From contig CM059432.1 of assembly GCA_030390025.1 (NCBI GenBank), positions 66,218,001-66,282,000 of the forward strand: a DNA stretch of 64,000 nt, in the 5' to 3' direction. The DNA is from Squalus acanthias (lineage: Eukaryota). The notes under the pieces were generated by a model. It saw nothing but the letters and a program-made list of their open reading frames with translations. It did not search any database and had not been told where the DNA came from. Below, one piece after another: positions 26,471 through 39,218 of this stretch. The first letter of the stretch is position 1. Every line of letters starts with the position of its first letter. The translations under genes and the position numbers were made by a program.

Positions 26471-28476
26471 ATGTCCAGCAGTAGGCCAAAGTGTGCTCCA
26501 AGGTTCGATGAGGCCTCCCTCCAAGCTCTGGTGGAGGGAGCAAGATCAAATAAGGAGGTGCTCTTCCCTTCCTCAGGAAGGAAAAAGGCTCCCCAGCAGA
26601 CTAAAGCTGTGTGGATGCAAGTGGTCCAGGAGGTCAATGCCATCTCTATGTGCCGCAGAACCTGGCTGCAGTGCAGGAAGAGGTTTCATGACCTTCTCTG
26701 CACAGAAAAAGTGAGTATGACTTTCCCATCACCCTCAATCTGATTCCCATCGCCTTTCCTCACCAGCACTCTGCTTTGCCAACCTCTTCCACATACCACT
26801 TGACACTGACATCCCTGCACCCTTACCCATTCCCTCTCTATGGTCACATTCACTTAACTATTCGATCATGCAGCCCTCACACTCCCTATCACTGTGATGC
26901 AATGACAACAACCTACAACACACAGGGTGGGCCCTTTGTCTCCTTCTAAGCATCTATGCTATGGATTCTCTACACTCACTCCTTCATTCTCACTCAAACT
27001 CCACTTCTGTACCTCATTGCAGGAAAAGAGAGCCCACAATAAGAGAGAAAGAGCGAGGACAGGAGGAGGGCCACCCTCAGTAGCCCAGCTCACCACCTCG
27101 GAGGAGGCGGCCATGGAAATCGCCGGTGTCGTGGAAGATTCACAAGTGGGGGACGGACAGGCGGGCGCATCACAGCAAGCTGGTGACAGAATAGTTTGGC
27201 ATCTCTCATTGACATTGCATGAGTGACTGATAATGATTCTGATGCTCTAACACCTGACGAAGGAGCAGCAGCTCCGAAAGCTTGTGATTTCAAATAACCT
27301 GGTGTTGTGCGACTTCTCACTGATGCTCTAACAGATTGACTTATGATCATCTGCACAATTCAATGTGCATGCAACCTTTACCTCACATCTCTAACTCTTT
27401 CCTTTACTCCACCACAGGACCATCGACAGCCCCCGTCTCCACTGTCCAGGAGGAACAGCCTGAGCTTCAAGACTCCTCAGAGCAAGCTGCAACCTCTGAG
27501 GACGTAACGTCAGCAGAATTCAGCGCACCCAGCACCAGCGCAGACACTCACACCTCGGTGGGACCTTCGCGAGATAGAGTAATGTTGTCACCTGGTGTAT
27601 CACAGCTCACAAGTGAGCATCAGCAGATGGCGGAGACAGGGACAGCAGTGGAGAGTCCTCGTCAGAGGGCACAGGACTCTGCCAGCTCGGCTCAGCTGCA
27701 TGGGGACCCTGTGCCTCCGGGTCCATCCAGAAGGTGAGCGGTGCTGGAACTCCAGGAACAGGTGCAGGAGTCTCTGGCAGGTTTTGTCTCCAGGGTCGCT
27801 GCGAGTGTGGAGCGAATGGAGGAGTCCATCGTGAACACGAGCAGAGCCTTTGTGGAGGCATTGGCGCATGAAGGCATCACCACGGAAAGGATGGCAACCT
27901 CCGTGGAAAGGATGGCTATGGTAGAGGAGAGGATGGCTATGGCCATGGAGGAGTTAAGTCGCCAGAGTGTTGAAAACATGGTCATTGTTCAGAATAGACT
28001 GGCATCTCTTGAGGAGCGATGGTCATCTATTGAGCATAGAAACCAGACCTTCATGGAAGTCTGCTGGAGTAGGACTTCCAGTGCAGAACCGGGTCCTCGT
28101 GGCCCCCCTGAAGTGCAGCAAGGTGCTGTCAAGCCACTTGCTAGCTCTAAAGTGGGGCTGACCCATGAGAGGGATGTTGGTGGCAGACAACAAGGAAGTG
28201 GGGGCTCCTCTCCAAATGCTCACATGACCATGCCACTGCAATGCCCTCGCTCAGAGCCCCACCAGAGTCCTCACTCAACTTAGATGGGCGTCTCATCCCC
28301 TGCACAGCCGCAGGAGCAGCAGACTGTTGCCGAGCCCTCACAGGTTCGCAACCCCAGAGGACGGTCGCCAAAGGTGTCGAGACAGGAGCAGCAAGAAAGT
28401 GAGCAAGGGGCCTCCACATCTGCTGAAGCCACAGGGGAAGCACCATGTAGGTGCACGCGTAAGAGGAAGATAATGC
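26471..28476 (+). pseudogene. Harbinger Myb/SANT-like DNA-binding protein, 3 exons (26471-26710, 27023-27182, 27418-~28476) with two in-frame stops
   Basis: APRFDEASLQALV..W..V...VN..RRTWLQCRKRFHDL then EKRAHNKRERARTGGGPP; GT-AG junctions keep the frame; stops at 27735 and 28281; LINE inserted at the last codon. Confidence 0.85.
27253..27319 (+). mobile_element. 67-bp Penelope pLTR fragment containing a minimal hammerhead core
   Basis: CTGACGA-AGGAGC-AGCA-GCTCC-GAAAGCTT; 14-bp TSD CTGATGCTCTAACA (27239-27252, 27320-27333). Confidence 0.8.
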
Positions 28477-31388
28477 ACAACAGCCTGACATAGTCATACT
28501 CACAGAATCAGACCTTTCAGCCAATGTCCCAAACTCCTCCATCACCATCCCTGGGTACGTCCTGTCCCACCAGCAGGACAGATCTACCAGGGGTGGCAGC
28601 ACAGTGGTATACAGTCAGGAAGGAGTGGCCCTGGGAGTCCTCAACATTGACTCTGGACCCCATGAAGTCTCATGGCTTCAGGTTAAGCATGGGCAAGGAA
28701 TCCTCCTGCTGATTACCACCTACCGCCCTCCCTCAGCTGATGAATCAGTACTCCTCCATTTTGAACACCACTTGGAAGAAGCACTGAGAGTAGCAAGGGC
28801 ACAGAATGTACTCTGGGTGGGGGACTTCAATGTCCATCACCAAGAGTGGCTCGGTAGCACCACTACTGACCGAGCTGGCCGAGTCCTAAAGGACATAACT
28901 GCCAGTCTGGGCCTGCGACAGGTGGTGAGTGAACCAACAAGAGGGAAAAACCTACTTGACCTCGTCCTCGCCAATCTACCTGTTGCAGAAGAATCTGTCC
29001 AGGACAGCATTGGCAGCAGTCACCACAGCACAGTCATTGTGGAGACGAAGTCCCGTCTTCACACTGAGGACACCCTCCATCGTGTTGTGTGGCACTACCA
29101 CTGTGCTAAATGGGATAGATTTAGAACAGATCTAGCAGCTCAAAACTGGGCATCCATGAGGCGCTGTGGGCCATCAGCAGCAGCAGAATTGTATTCCACC
29201 ACAATCTGTAACCTCATGGCCCGGCATATCCCTCACTCTACCATTACCACCAAACCAGGGGACCAACCCTGGTTCAACAACAAGTGTAGAAGAGCATGCC
29301 AGGAGCAGCACCAGGCGTACCTAAAAATGAGGTGCCAACCTGGGGAAGCTGCAACACAGGACTACATGCATGCTAAAAAGTGGAAGCAGCATGCTATAGA
29401 CAGGGCTAAGCGATCCCACAATCAGGAGATCAGATCAAAGCTCTGCAGTCCTGCCACATCCAGTCGTGAATGGTGGTGGACCATTAAACAACTAACGGGA
29501 GGAGGAGGGTCCAAGAATATCCCCATCCTCAATGATGCTGGAGCCCAGCACATGAGTGCAAAAGACAAGGCTGAAGCGTTTGCAACCAACTTCAGCCAGA
29601 AGTGCCGAGTGGATGATCCATATCGGCCTACTCCCAAGGTCCCTACCATCACAGAAGCCATTCTTCAGCCAATTCGATTCACTCCACGTGATATCAAGAA
29701 ATGGCTGAGCGCATTGGATACAGCAAAGGCTATGGGCCCCGACAACATCCCGGCTATCGTGCTGAAGACTTGTGCTCCAGAGCTAGCAGCGCCTCTAGCC
29801 AAGCTCTTCCCATACAGCTACAACACTAGCATCTATCCGACAATGTGGAAAACTGCCCAGGTATGTCCTGTCCACAAAAAGCAGGACAAATCTAACCCGG
29901 CCAATTACTGCCCCATCAGTCGACTCTCCATCATCAGCAAAGTGATGGAAAGTGTCGTCAACAGTGCTATCAAGTGGCACTTACTCACCAATAACCTGCT
30001 CACTGATGCCCAGTTTGGGTTCCGCCAAGACCACCCGGCTCCCGACCTCATTACAGCCTTGGTCCAAACATGGACAAAAGAGCTGAATTCCAGAGGTGAG
30101 GTGAGAGTGACTGCCCTTGACATCAAGGCAGCATTTGACCGAGTGTGGCATCAAGGAGCCCTAGTAAAACTGAAGTCAATGGGAATCAGGGGGAAAACGC
30201 TCTACTGGCTGGAGTCATACCTAGCACAAAGGAAGATGGTTGCGGTGGTTGAAGGTCAATCATCACAGCCCCAGGACATCGCTGCAGGAGTCCCTCAGGG
30301 CAGTGTTCTAGGCCCACTGCTTCATCTGCTTCATCAATGACCTTCCCTCCATCATAAGGTCAGAAGTGGGGATGTTTGCTGATGATTGCACAGTGTTCAG
30401 TGCCATTCGCAACTCCTCAGATAATGAAGCAGTCCATGCCCGCATGCAACAAGACCTGAACGACATTCAGGCTTGGGCTGATAAGTGGCAGGTAACATTC
30501 GCGCCACAGAAGTGCCAGGAAATGACTGTCTCCAACAAGCGAGAGTCTAACCACCTCCCCTTGACATACGAAAGCTCGTAATTTCAAATAAAACTGTTGG
30601 ACTATAACCTGGTGTTGTGCGACTTCTCATTTTTGTCCACCCCAGTCCAACACCGGCATCGCCGCATCATGACATTCAATGGCATTACCATCGCCGAATC
30701 CCCCACTTTCAACATCCTAGCAGTCACCATTAACCAGAAACTTAACTGGACCAGCTACATAAATACTGTGGCAACAAGAGCAGGTCAGAGGCTAGGTATT
30801 CTGTGGCGAGTGTCTCACCTCCTGACTCCCCAAAGCCTTTCCACCATCTACAAGGCACAAGTAAGGAGAGTGATGGAATACTCTCCACTTGCCTGGATGA
30901 GTGCAGCTCCAACAACACTCAAGAAGCTCGACACCATCCAGGACAAAGCAGCCCGCTTGATTGGCACCCCATCCACCAACTTAAACATTCACTCCCTCCA
31001 TCACCGGCGTACCGTGGCTGCAGTGTGTACCATCTACAAGATGCACTGCAGCAACTCGCCAAGGCTTCTTCGGCAGCACCTCCCAAACCCGCGACCTCTT
31101 CCACCTAGAAGGACAAGGGCAGCAGGCGCATGGGAACACCATCACCTCTAAGTTCCCCTCCAAGTCACACACTATCCTGACTTAGAAGTCTATCGCCGAT
31201 CCTTCATCGTCGCTGGGTCAAAATCCTGGAACTCCCTACCTAACAGCAATGTGGGAGTACCATCACCACACGGACTACAGCGGTTCAAGAAGGCGGCTCA
31301 CCACCACCTTCTCAAGGGCAACTAGGGATGGGCAATAAATGCTGGCATTGCCAGCGACGCCCTGATCCCATGAACGAATAAAAAAAAA
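28477..31388 (+). mobile_element. 5'-truncated non-LTR retrotransposon (CR1/L2 group), APE endonuclease and RT
   Basis: 578-aa ORF 28604-30340 (GDFNVHH, AQFGFR, LDIKAAFDRVWH, GVPQGSVLGP); FADD in 30366-30581; frameshift near 30318; A-rich tail at 31380. Confidence 0.93.
30568..30669 (+). mobile_element. 102-bp Penelope pLTR 3' fragment inside the LINE ORF2
   Basis: Same family as 63348-63830; TSD TGACAT (30562-30567, 30670-30675). Confidence 0.8.
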
Positions 31389-31650
31389 GTAGTCACAAGG
31401 GTAGTCACTTGGGTGTTATGTTGTGTTTATTTTTGAAATGCCATCAGTTGCTTGTTGTGATAAAAAATTCTGATGGCAAACTATTGAAGTTGTGGCCTGT
31501 GTCATTTCGCAAATGGGACTTCCACATTGAGGGCTTAGAGCGACTTGCAATTGTCAGTATGCTGGTCAGAGTGATAGGAATCCGCAGGTTCTTGTCCATT
31601 GTCGATGCTCTGATAAGAAGGTGCGAGGCAAAAGTGTTTGATTGTGCAGG

Positions 31651-31877
31651 CTAAGCAAATCTGGTCAACATGAGTGCGTCCCTTGCATCCCGGGCAGCAA
31701 TGTGGTCGCGCGCTGGTGCCTTCTGGCCTGTGTAGCTTCAGGTGGGTGAGCAGCAGCTTGGCGCTCCTGTTGTTGCTGCTGCTGTTGGTGCTGCTGTTGC
31801 TCATGGTTCTGCTGCTGCCGCGGCTGGTCTTCGTCCAAATCTGATGTCCAGGAGGAAAGGAAATAAATGGTTCCCAT
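31651..31877 (-). pseudogene. Internally deleted Harbinger transposase remnant (Q-rich N-terminus joined to C-terminal RDHIAARDARDALMLTRFA*)
   Basis: Convergent with the Myb gene as in 50941-53726; no DDE core; the C-terminal match is from memory of HARBI1-type transposases. Confidence 0.6.
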
Positions 31878-34006
31878 GCTTCTGGTATATGCCTCAGTTG
31901 AGGAAGTGCTCAGTCAAGGTGGGGAGAGGGGTTTCCCAGGAGGTCACACTGGAGATGGGTGTCAGGCTCCAAACTTCCACAACAATGGGTATGCCTGCTA
32001 AAAGTTCCCCCAGACCTGAGACAACAAAGTTCTGCCATCTGCAAATGATCATTGGTGAAAACTCCTTTTTAATGTTGGAGCTGCAGCTGTTAGTAAGCAA
32101 TCCACTTGTGAGGCTGCCAGGATTAACTGGCGTGTTCCAGAGGAGACGTGCAGGATGGGGGAAAAGTATTAAAATCAGAAAGGCCTCTCAAAATGGGATT
32201 ATAGAGGCACTTAACTGGTGGTTAAGGGCCTATCCCGCCTCTTGGATTCTGGGAAAATTGCTCGGAGGCGGGCTGGAGGCGGGATCGGAGCCGCCCGCCA
32301 TTTTTTGCGATTTTAACACCTCACACGCCTCCAATCCCGCCTCCGCGGGCCTGGCAAAATCGAGCCCGTTAACACTGTTTCTCTCTCTACAGATGCTGCC
32401 TCACTTGCTGAGTATTTCCAGCATTTTCTGTTTTTATTTCAGATATCCAGCCTCCGCAGTATTTTGCTTTTGCTCTATATATAGCATATGTTTCAACCCA
32501 TTCTTCGCACACAAAGTAAATGGAGATTTCACTGATTTCAGTCAAACCATGAAACCCCCTACCCCGGAAGATCTCTTTCATTTGCTTCTATTTTGGGCTG
32601 AATTCTTTGTCGTTGCTCCAGCTTATATGTTTGCATGCAAGTAATCCTGAGCTCATGACATAGATGTCAATATCAGTCAGTCTTAACCCCGACACAAATG
32701 CGCGTAAAAGTTTAGGCCAGGCATTTCCTTACAGCTGCTCCCACTCCACCACTGGAACTTCACCCGAATCCGCTGCACTTCCAGCAAAGTTACGGCGGCA
32801 AAGCGGGAATAGCTCTGAGGAAATAGCTGTGCTCTGAAACCTACATTACTGCATATACAGGTATTGACATTTAACTAGGTGAACGGAAAATGATGGCCCC
32901 GAAAATCTGTGAGGAGGTGGGTGCCGAGATTTGCCTGTCCAGTACCTCTGCCATTGACCCAGCCAAAGTTTGTGTGATCTTTGTAGGAACCAAAGCTTGT
33001 GGAACACCCGCCCGCAAAAGAGTGGCCTGCCTGCACCCACAGATTGGACTCCACTTCCATTGTTCAGTGGGTAGGTACACCTTCTCTCACTGAGCATACT
33101 TCCACTGATGCAATGCTGAGTTACTGGAAAGTGGGAATTCCCGACTCCCCACCCCTGTCCCCTTTCTGCTGATGGCCTTGTTTGGGGCAGGCGGAGACTT
33201 CACTCTCACAAGACCAGTCAGGAATTTCCACATAGGCCGGGACCTGGTGTATCTGGGTCTCAGTTTATATTGTGATCTTCCAGCAGAATCCCCCAAAGTT
33301 ACAGCAGGAGTACGTCGAAAAGCTTGCATATTTTTGGGGCCAATATTTTTACATAGTTAAAGTGGGTTTTGTAAACTACAATAGAATGAAATTATGAAAA
33401 TTAAGTAAGTTTATATAATTGCAAGTCTTGCTTCTATAAGGCGTGGGAGCATTGTCCATCACACTTAAAAAAGGCTTACACTAATTATGATCATATTTGC
33501 AAAGTCTTAATAAGCCAAATATTCTTGAAAGGCTCAAATATATTATTTTCAAATATGCAATAAATTGCAGGGCTAAAAATCCCAGGGGAGTGGGAAGGGG
33601 GTGCTTTCTATCATAAGTGCCTGGATACACCCACCCTGGGCCTACACAGCTGACCTTGCAAAGTTCACGAGATCAGCGGGAGGTCCCTTGATTCACAGGT
33701 ATCTGCACACCTCGGGGCAGACATAGGCCAGCTTTAACATTCCAGAAAATTGATGGTGGAAGGCTGGGGCTCCCCAGAAAGGATGCAGTGGTGTCCATTC
33801 ATCCCCCTTTGGAATGGGGCCAAAGTGTATCCGTTTCCTATTTGGGTGTGCAGACCATGCCCTAGAAATTCAATTGCGCAGCATTTTTTGGGTGATAATG
33901 GGCACTGAAGGGCCTAATATTCAGGCGCAATGCAATGCCTATGATCCTAACCTGGACCCTCAGGTAGGCCCCACAACTGCCAATAGTTCCGGTATGTCTG
34001 GTTTCA

Positions 34007-34407
34007 CCAGGGACTTGAGCACATAAAGCTGGGCTGACACTCCAGTGCAGTGCTGAGGGAGTGCTGCACGTCGGAGATGCTGTCTTTCGGATGAAACATT
34101 AAACTGAGGCCCCATATGCCCTCTCAGGTGGACGTAAAAGATCCCATGGCACTATTTCGAAGAAGAGCAGGGGAGTTATCCCCAGTGTCCTGGCCAATAG
34201 CTATCCCTCAATCAACATAACAAAAAAAAATTATCTGGTCATTATCACATTGCTGTTTGTGGGAGCTTGCTGTGCGCAAATTGGCTGCCGCGTTTCCCAC
34301 ATTACAACAGTGACTACACTCCAAAAGTACTTCATTGGCTATAAAGCGCTTTGAGATGTCCGGTGGACGTGAAAGGCACTATATAAATGCAAGTCATTCT
34401 TTCTTTT
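34007..34407 (+). mobile_element. Deu-domain SINE, 5'-truncated
   Basis: Matches 11437-11903. Confidence 0.85.
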
Positions 34408-34524
34408 TGTACCAATGCCGCAGAGATCTGCTAATAATACACTGTTCTAGTTTTATTCAGTGATTTACCATATGGTCAGCTCAACACTTGAAGGCTTTGT
34501 AGATAATAAGAAGTGAGTAATTAC

Positions 34525-34686
34525 TTTCTGGATACGATAAAACTGACAAACTGTGAAATCTACCTTCTTTACCATAAGCTCTTTGAGAAATTTGGCAAAT
34601 TTATCCATGACATTCACATAAGACAGACTGAAGCAAATGAGCTTAAAGCTTCTTAGGCTTTTTGATGCTGCCTCCATAGTTTGAAT
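34525..34686 (-). CDS. Candidate coding exon, 162 bp, phase 0-0 (IQTMEAASKSLRSF...QFYRIQK)
   Basis: CTTTTGTCATCAG acceptor, GTAATT donor, open frame, non-repetitive sequence. Confidence 0.45.
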
Positions 34687-34899
34687 CTGATGACAAAAGA
34701 CCTACTTAGAATTTTATGATTTCACAGAGGGGTGGATGGGAGAAGGAGAAAGAGGACAGGAGGGGCTTCACCATTGCTGCATTGCAGGAAGACTCATAGA
34801 AGGCTCCGCAAATTACATTTTGCAGAATTGAAGAAGTTTCATTGAAAAGAAGTAACAGGAAATGGGCAACAGTGCAGCTGAACAGCAGAGTTGGAGACC

Positions 34900-36030
34900 A
34901 AATACAAAAGCAAAACACTGCGGATGCTGGAAATCTGAAATAAAAACAGAAAATGCTGGAAATGCTCAGCAGGTCAGGCAGCATCTGTGAAGAAAGAAAC
35001 AGAGTTAACGTTTCAGGTCGATGACCATTCATCAGAACTGGAAAAAGTTAGAGATATAACAGATTTTAAGCAAGTGCAGAGGCAGGGAAAGGGGGGAGAG
35101 AAGGAAAGAACAAAAGGGAAGTTCTGTGATAGGGTGGAAGCCAGGAAAGATTAAATGACAAAAGGGATGACTGAATGATAAAAGGGATGATGGTGCAAGG
35201 CAAAAGGGGGTGGTAACAGGACAAGTAAAGAAACAAAAAATGGGTTTAGAAGAGGTGTTAATGGGAATAGCAGAATCATCAACACTTGTTCGAAAAAATG
35301 GGGGCAGAGGTTATGATCTGAAATTGTTGAACTCAAAGTTGAGTCCAGAAGGCTGTAAAGTGCCTAATTGAAAGATGTGGTGCTGTTCCTTGAGCTTATG
35401 TTGAGCTTCATTGGAACAGTGTAGGGCCGAGGATCGAGAGGTCAGAGTGGGAGTGGAGCAGAGAATTAAAATGACAGACGACTGGAAGCTCGGGGTCACA
35501 CTTGCGGACTGAACGGAAGTGTTTCTCAAAGCGGTCACCCAATCTGCATTTGGTCTCCCCAATGTAGAGGAGATCGCATCGTGAGCAGCGAATACAGTAT
35601 ACTAAATTGAAAGAAGTACAAGTAAATTACTGTTTCACTTGGAAGAAGTGTTTGGGCCCTGGATGGTGGGAAGGGAGTAAGTAAAAGGGCAGGTGTTGCA
35701 TCTCCTGCGCTTGCACGGGAAGGTGGCGTGGGAAGGAAATGGGGTGTTGGAGGTGATTGAGGAGTGGATCAGGGTGTCGCGGAGGGAACGGTCCCTTCAG
35801 AATGCTGAAAGGGGAGGGGAAGGTGTGTTTGGTGATGGGATCATGCTGGAGGTGGTGGAAATGGCAGAGGATGATCCACTGAATGTGGAGGCTGGTGGGG
35901 TGGAAGGTGAGGACAAGGGGAACCTTATCGTGGTTCTGGAAGGGAGGGTTTGGAGTGAGAGCAGAAGTGCGGGAAAGGGAACGGACACGGTCGAGGACCC
36001 TGTCAAGAGTTGGAGACCAGCAGTGGTTGA
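34900..36030 (-). mobile_element. Penelope-like element 3' part (GIY-YIG and pLTR), uninterrupted HHR
   Basis: Collinear with 20153-21884; ORFs 35311-35562 and 35627-36226 contain DKVPLVLTFHP and LGTLQPSGLNFEFNNFRS. Confidence 0.88.
35001..35040 (-). ncRNA. Minimal type-I hammerhead ribozyme motif
   Basis: Minus strand AGTT-CTGATGA-AT-GGTC-ATC-GACC-T-GAAACGTT-AACT: conserved core, stem II, stem I AGTT/AACT, palindromic stem III. Confidence 0.7.
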
Positions 36031-36539
36031 GAACAGGGCGTGAAATTTTTTTTTTAATGATTAAAAACGGGTCATAGAAGGTCCGACCATCAGAGTTGGA
36101 GAGCAGCATTGGCTGAGAACAAGCCAGGAAGCCCTGACCCATGGGAGATAGGAGCAGCAGTGGCCAAATGGTGGGGAGCAGGAGCATGCAAGTAGTAGGA
36201 GTTGGGGGGCAGGAAGAGTAGGGCAACCAATGGAAGTTGTGTGAGGAGTTTGGAAGTGGGAGAGGCAGTAAAATCCCAAGCAGAGCTACTCGTCGGGTAA
36301 AACAGGAGATGAGAGGCAGAATGGGCCCAAAGTGGAAGACATGACTGAGGTAAAAGAATAGGGGAGAATAAAACCTACAGGGAAGGAATATAATTATTAA
36401 AATCTAAAATCAAAAATAGAAATCTTGGGGTAGAATCTCAGTTGGGTTTCCCAATCTTCCGCTGTAACTTCGGCAGAAAATCCATGCTATTTCTCCAGGG
36501 TTTCCACCAATCTTCCGCTGAAGTAATAAAATAACAATT

Positions 36540-36900
36540 AGGAGCAGGAGTAGGCCATACAGCCCCTCAAGCCTGCTCCGCCTTTCAATAAAATCATGGC
36601 TGATCTTTGACCTCAACTCCACTTTCCCACCCAATCTCCATATCCCTCGATTCCCCTAGAGTCCAAAAATCTATCCATCTCAGCCTTGAATATGCTCAAC
36701 AATTCAGCATCCAGACTCTTTAGGGTAGTGAATTCCAAAGATTCACAACCCTCTGAGTGAAGAATTTCCTCCTCATCTCTGTCTTAAATGGCCGACCCCT
36801 TATCCTGAAACTATGCCCCCTAGTTCTAGACTCTCCAGCCATGGGAAACAACCTCTCCGCATTTACTCTGTCAATCCCCTTCAGAATCTTATATGTTTCA
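36540..36900 (-). mobile_element. CR1 3' fragment
   Basis: ETYKILKGIDRV..FFTQRVVNLWNSLP. Confidence 0.9.
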
Positions 36901-37029
36901 GATGTTCGAGACAACACCGGGTGAAAGTACTGGTGCTTACGTTTAAAAGGTGGATCGTTAAAATAGAACACATATGTTCCACTAATTTAAGTAGCTTTGA
37001 ACAATTTCAGGTAACTATTGTTATGAAGA

Positions 37030-37487
37030 AAAAAGAAAAAAGAAAAAAGTTGCATTTTTATAGCACCTTTCACATCCTCAAGATATCCCAAAGCGCTTCA
37101 CAGCTGATGAATTACTTTTAAAGTGCAGTCACTGTTGTTATGTAGACAAAAGCGGCAGCCAATTTGCACACAGAAAAATCCAGCAAACAGCAGTGAAGTA
37201 AATAACCAGTTTAACCTGTTATTTTGGGGTAGTTCGAAGATAATTGTTGGCCAGGACAAAGGGAGAAAGAAGAGCAATCTGCTTTTCTTCGAATAGTGCC
37301 GTGAGGTTTCTTTTTCCAAGTCCACCTGAATATCTCATCTGAAAGACAGCACATCCAAGAATATGGCATTCCCTCAGTACTGCACTGAAATGTCAGCTTA
37401 GATTATGCACTCAAGTCTTAAAGTGGGGCTTGAATCTACAACCTTCTGATTCAGAGGCAAGAGTGTGACCACTGAGCCAAGCTGACA
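37030..37487 (-). mobile_element. Deu-domain SINE, diverged
   Basis: Reverse complement of the SINE family seen at 11437. Confidence 0.75.
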
Positions 37488-38199
37488 TTTATAGATAACA
37501 TAAGGGCCTTGTACCTTTGGTGGGAGCATGATGGAGGGGGTCAGAATTTAAACTGGGATTTCAATATTGTAGGTCCCGGCCTTGCAGTGGAACTCCTGCT
37601 TGGCCTTGTAAGGGTCAGAGCCTTTGCCCACCCTTTACAAGGCCAGTGGTAGAAGAGGGGACTAGGCTAGGCTAGTGGACTTTGAACATCAGAGTTCCCT
37701 TGGCCCCGGTCTCTCAGTTGGTGGGGGCAGGATGGGCAGCTAGTATGCCTGGTGAGAACATGATGTTAGTGAACCCCATGTGGTGGCCTTCAAATTTAAG
37801 TGCGCTCCCTTCCTGCCCATACAAAGGGTCTACAGACACTTGTATCTTCTTTGAGGAGGGACTGGAACCAGCTGCCCTTCAGACCCAGCTACTTGCAATG
37901 AACTTTCTGTAACATGACAGGTGCTTGCACCACTAGGAGTGCATCTAGTGGTATGGGTGCTCGCTATCACCATGTTAATTAGTGAACATAAGGACATAAG
38001 GACATCCCCCTGAGTTTTGGCACGGACTCAAGCAGGTGCATCTCAGAAATTACTCCCATGGATTTTCAAAGTCAATCTTGGTATCTTCATTAGGCTATGT
38101 ACACTAGACCTGAAAACTTTAAAGCAAAGCTTGCACAACCCCTTTTCTTGAGTATTAATATAATTTAAAACATCAATCACCATACCTGAAAGTTCTTTT

Positions 38200-38545
38200 A
38201 TCAGGGGTGAGGCCATGAAGGGAATTAAACACAAGGATGAGAATTTTAAATTGGAAGCGTTGGGGGACCAGGAGCCAATGTATGTCAGTGAGGATATGGA
38301 TGATGGGTTAACGGGAATTGATGTGGAATAGGATACAAGCAGCAGAGTTTTGGGTGGGGAATGGGAGGTTGGCCAGGAGAGCATTCGAATAGTTGAGTCT
38401 GGAGCTCAAAAAGATATGGATGGTGGTTTCAGCAGCAGATGGGCTCAGGTAGGGGTGGAGGCAGGCAATGTTACAAAGGTGGACTTAGATGGTCTTTGTG
38501 ATGGAGAGGACATGGGGTCGGAAGTTTAACTTGGGTTTGAAAAGG
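38200..38545 (-). mobile_element. L2-like LINE fragment
   Basis: Decayed L2 ORF2 C-terminal region on the minus strand (IQNSAA-like segment CCCAAAACTCTGCTGCT). Confidence 0.6.
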
Positions 38546-38575
38546 ACAATGAATAACAGTTCTGAATCCTCTTAC

Positions 38576-38743
38576 TGATGATTCACTGCCCAGTGATTCA
38601 GCGTCTGTGCAATTTTGCAAAAAGAGGACAAGAAACACTAGCAGCTCAAAAAATCCTTCTTCTGAAATGGCATCAAAGTCACCAGTGTTCAAAGCAACTC
38701 GTTGTGCCTCATCCTGTTGCATATAATTTTCAAACAAAACCAT
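38576..38743 (-). CDS. Candidate coding exon, 168 bp, phase 0-0 (MVLFENYMQQDE...SLGSESS)
   Basis: TTTGTTGTTTATCTAG acceptor, GTAAGA donor, open frame. Confidence 0.5.
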
Positions 38744-39142
38744 CTAGATAAACAACAAAATTCAGAAATCCTGTTTGATACTAAACATGATTGTTGAATT
38801 CCAGTAAGTGATCCGTTCATTGAGCGTTGTGTATTTCAGCAAGACTGTTCCTTTTGATGCAAGGATAGCTGCCAAAAGTCAATGATAATTGAGCACATAT
38901 ATGAGATATTCATCTTTCCATATGGAATATTTCCTTTCTGAATCATGTGTGTACATGGGGTGAGGACAGGACAGGGCTCAGCCTTGATATCTGCTAATTT
39001 TGCATAGCCTGCGAACACTGTCAAAGGCTCACTTATGAACAATGACCACTTGGATGAGGTACTGGACGGTGTTCATAGAATGTTCAGCACAGGAGGCGAG
39101 GAGAGACAATTGCTAAGGGAAAATAAATCAATAGGTGTTTAC

Positions 39143-39218
39143 TAATATTAGACTTAAACCAGTATCATCTATAATAAGCAGTGCAAAACTCATGTTTTCC
39201 TCATGTTCAGCTTGTGTC
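39143..39218 (-). CDS. Possible 3' half of a CR1-interrupted exon (TQAEHEENMSFALLIIDDTGLSLIL)
   Basis: In frame with 40730-40881 once the CR1 is removed; ends at a GTAAAC donor in phase 0. Confidence 0.3.

Larger units (their letters stand above)
26192..32367. mobile_element. PIF/Harbinger transposon (Myb/SANT gene plus internally deleted transposase) with nested LINE and Penelope fragments
   Basis: 16-bp TIRs GGGTTCGATTTTGCCA / TGGCAAAATCGAGCCC (15/16 match); TSD GTT (26189-26191, 32368-32370). Confidence 0.92.

Noticed and set aside
31742..32644. 300-aa ORF on +
   Set aside because: Runs antisense to the transposase remnant, through the TIR and into Penelope sequence; a chance chimera.
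34525..34686. Faint resemblance of the exon peptide to the PARG C-terminus
   Set aside because: Neighbouring candidate exons show no PARG motifs; too weak to name.
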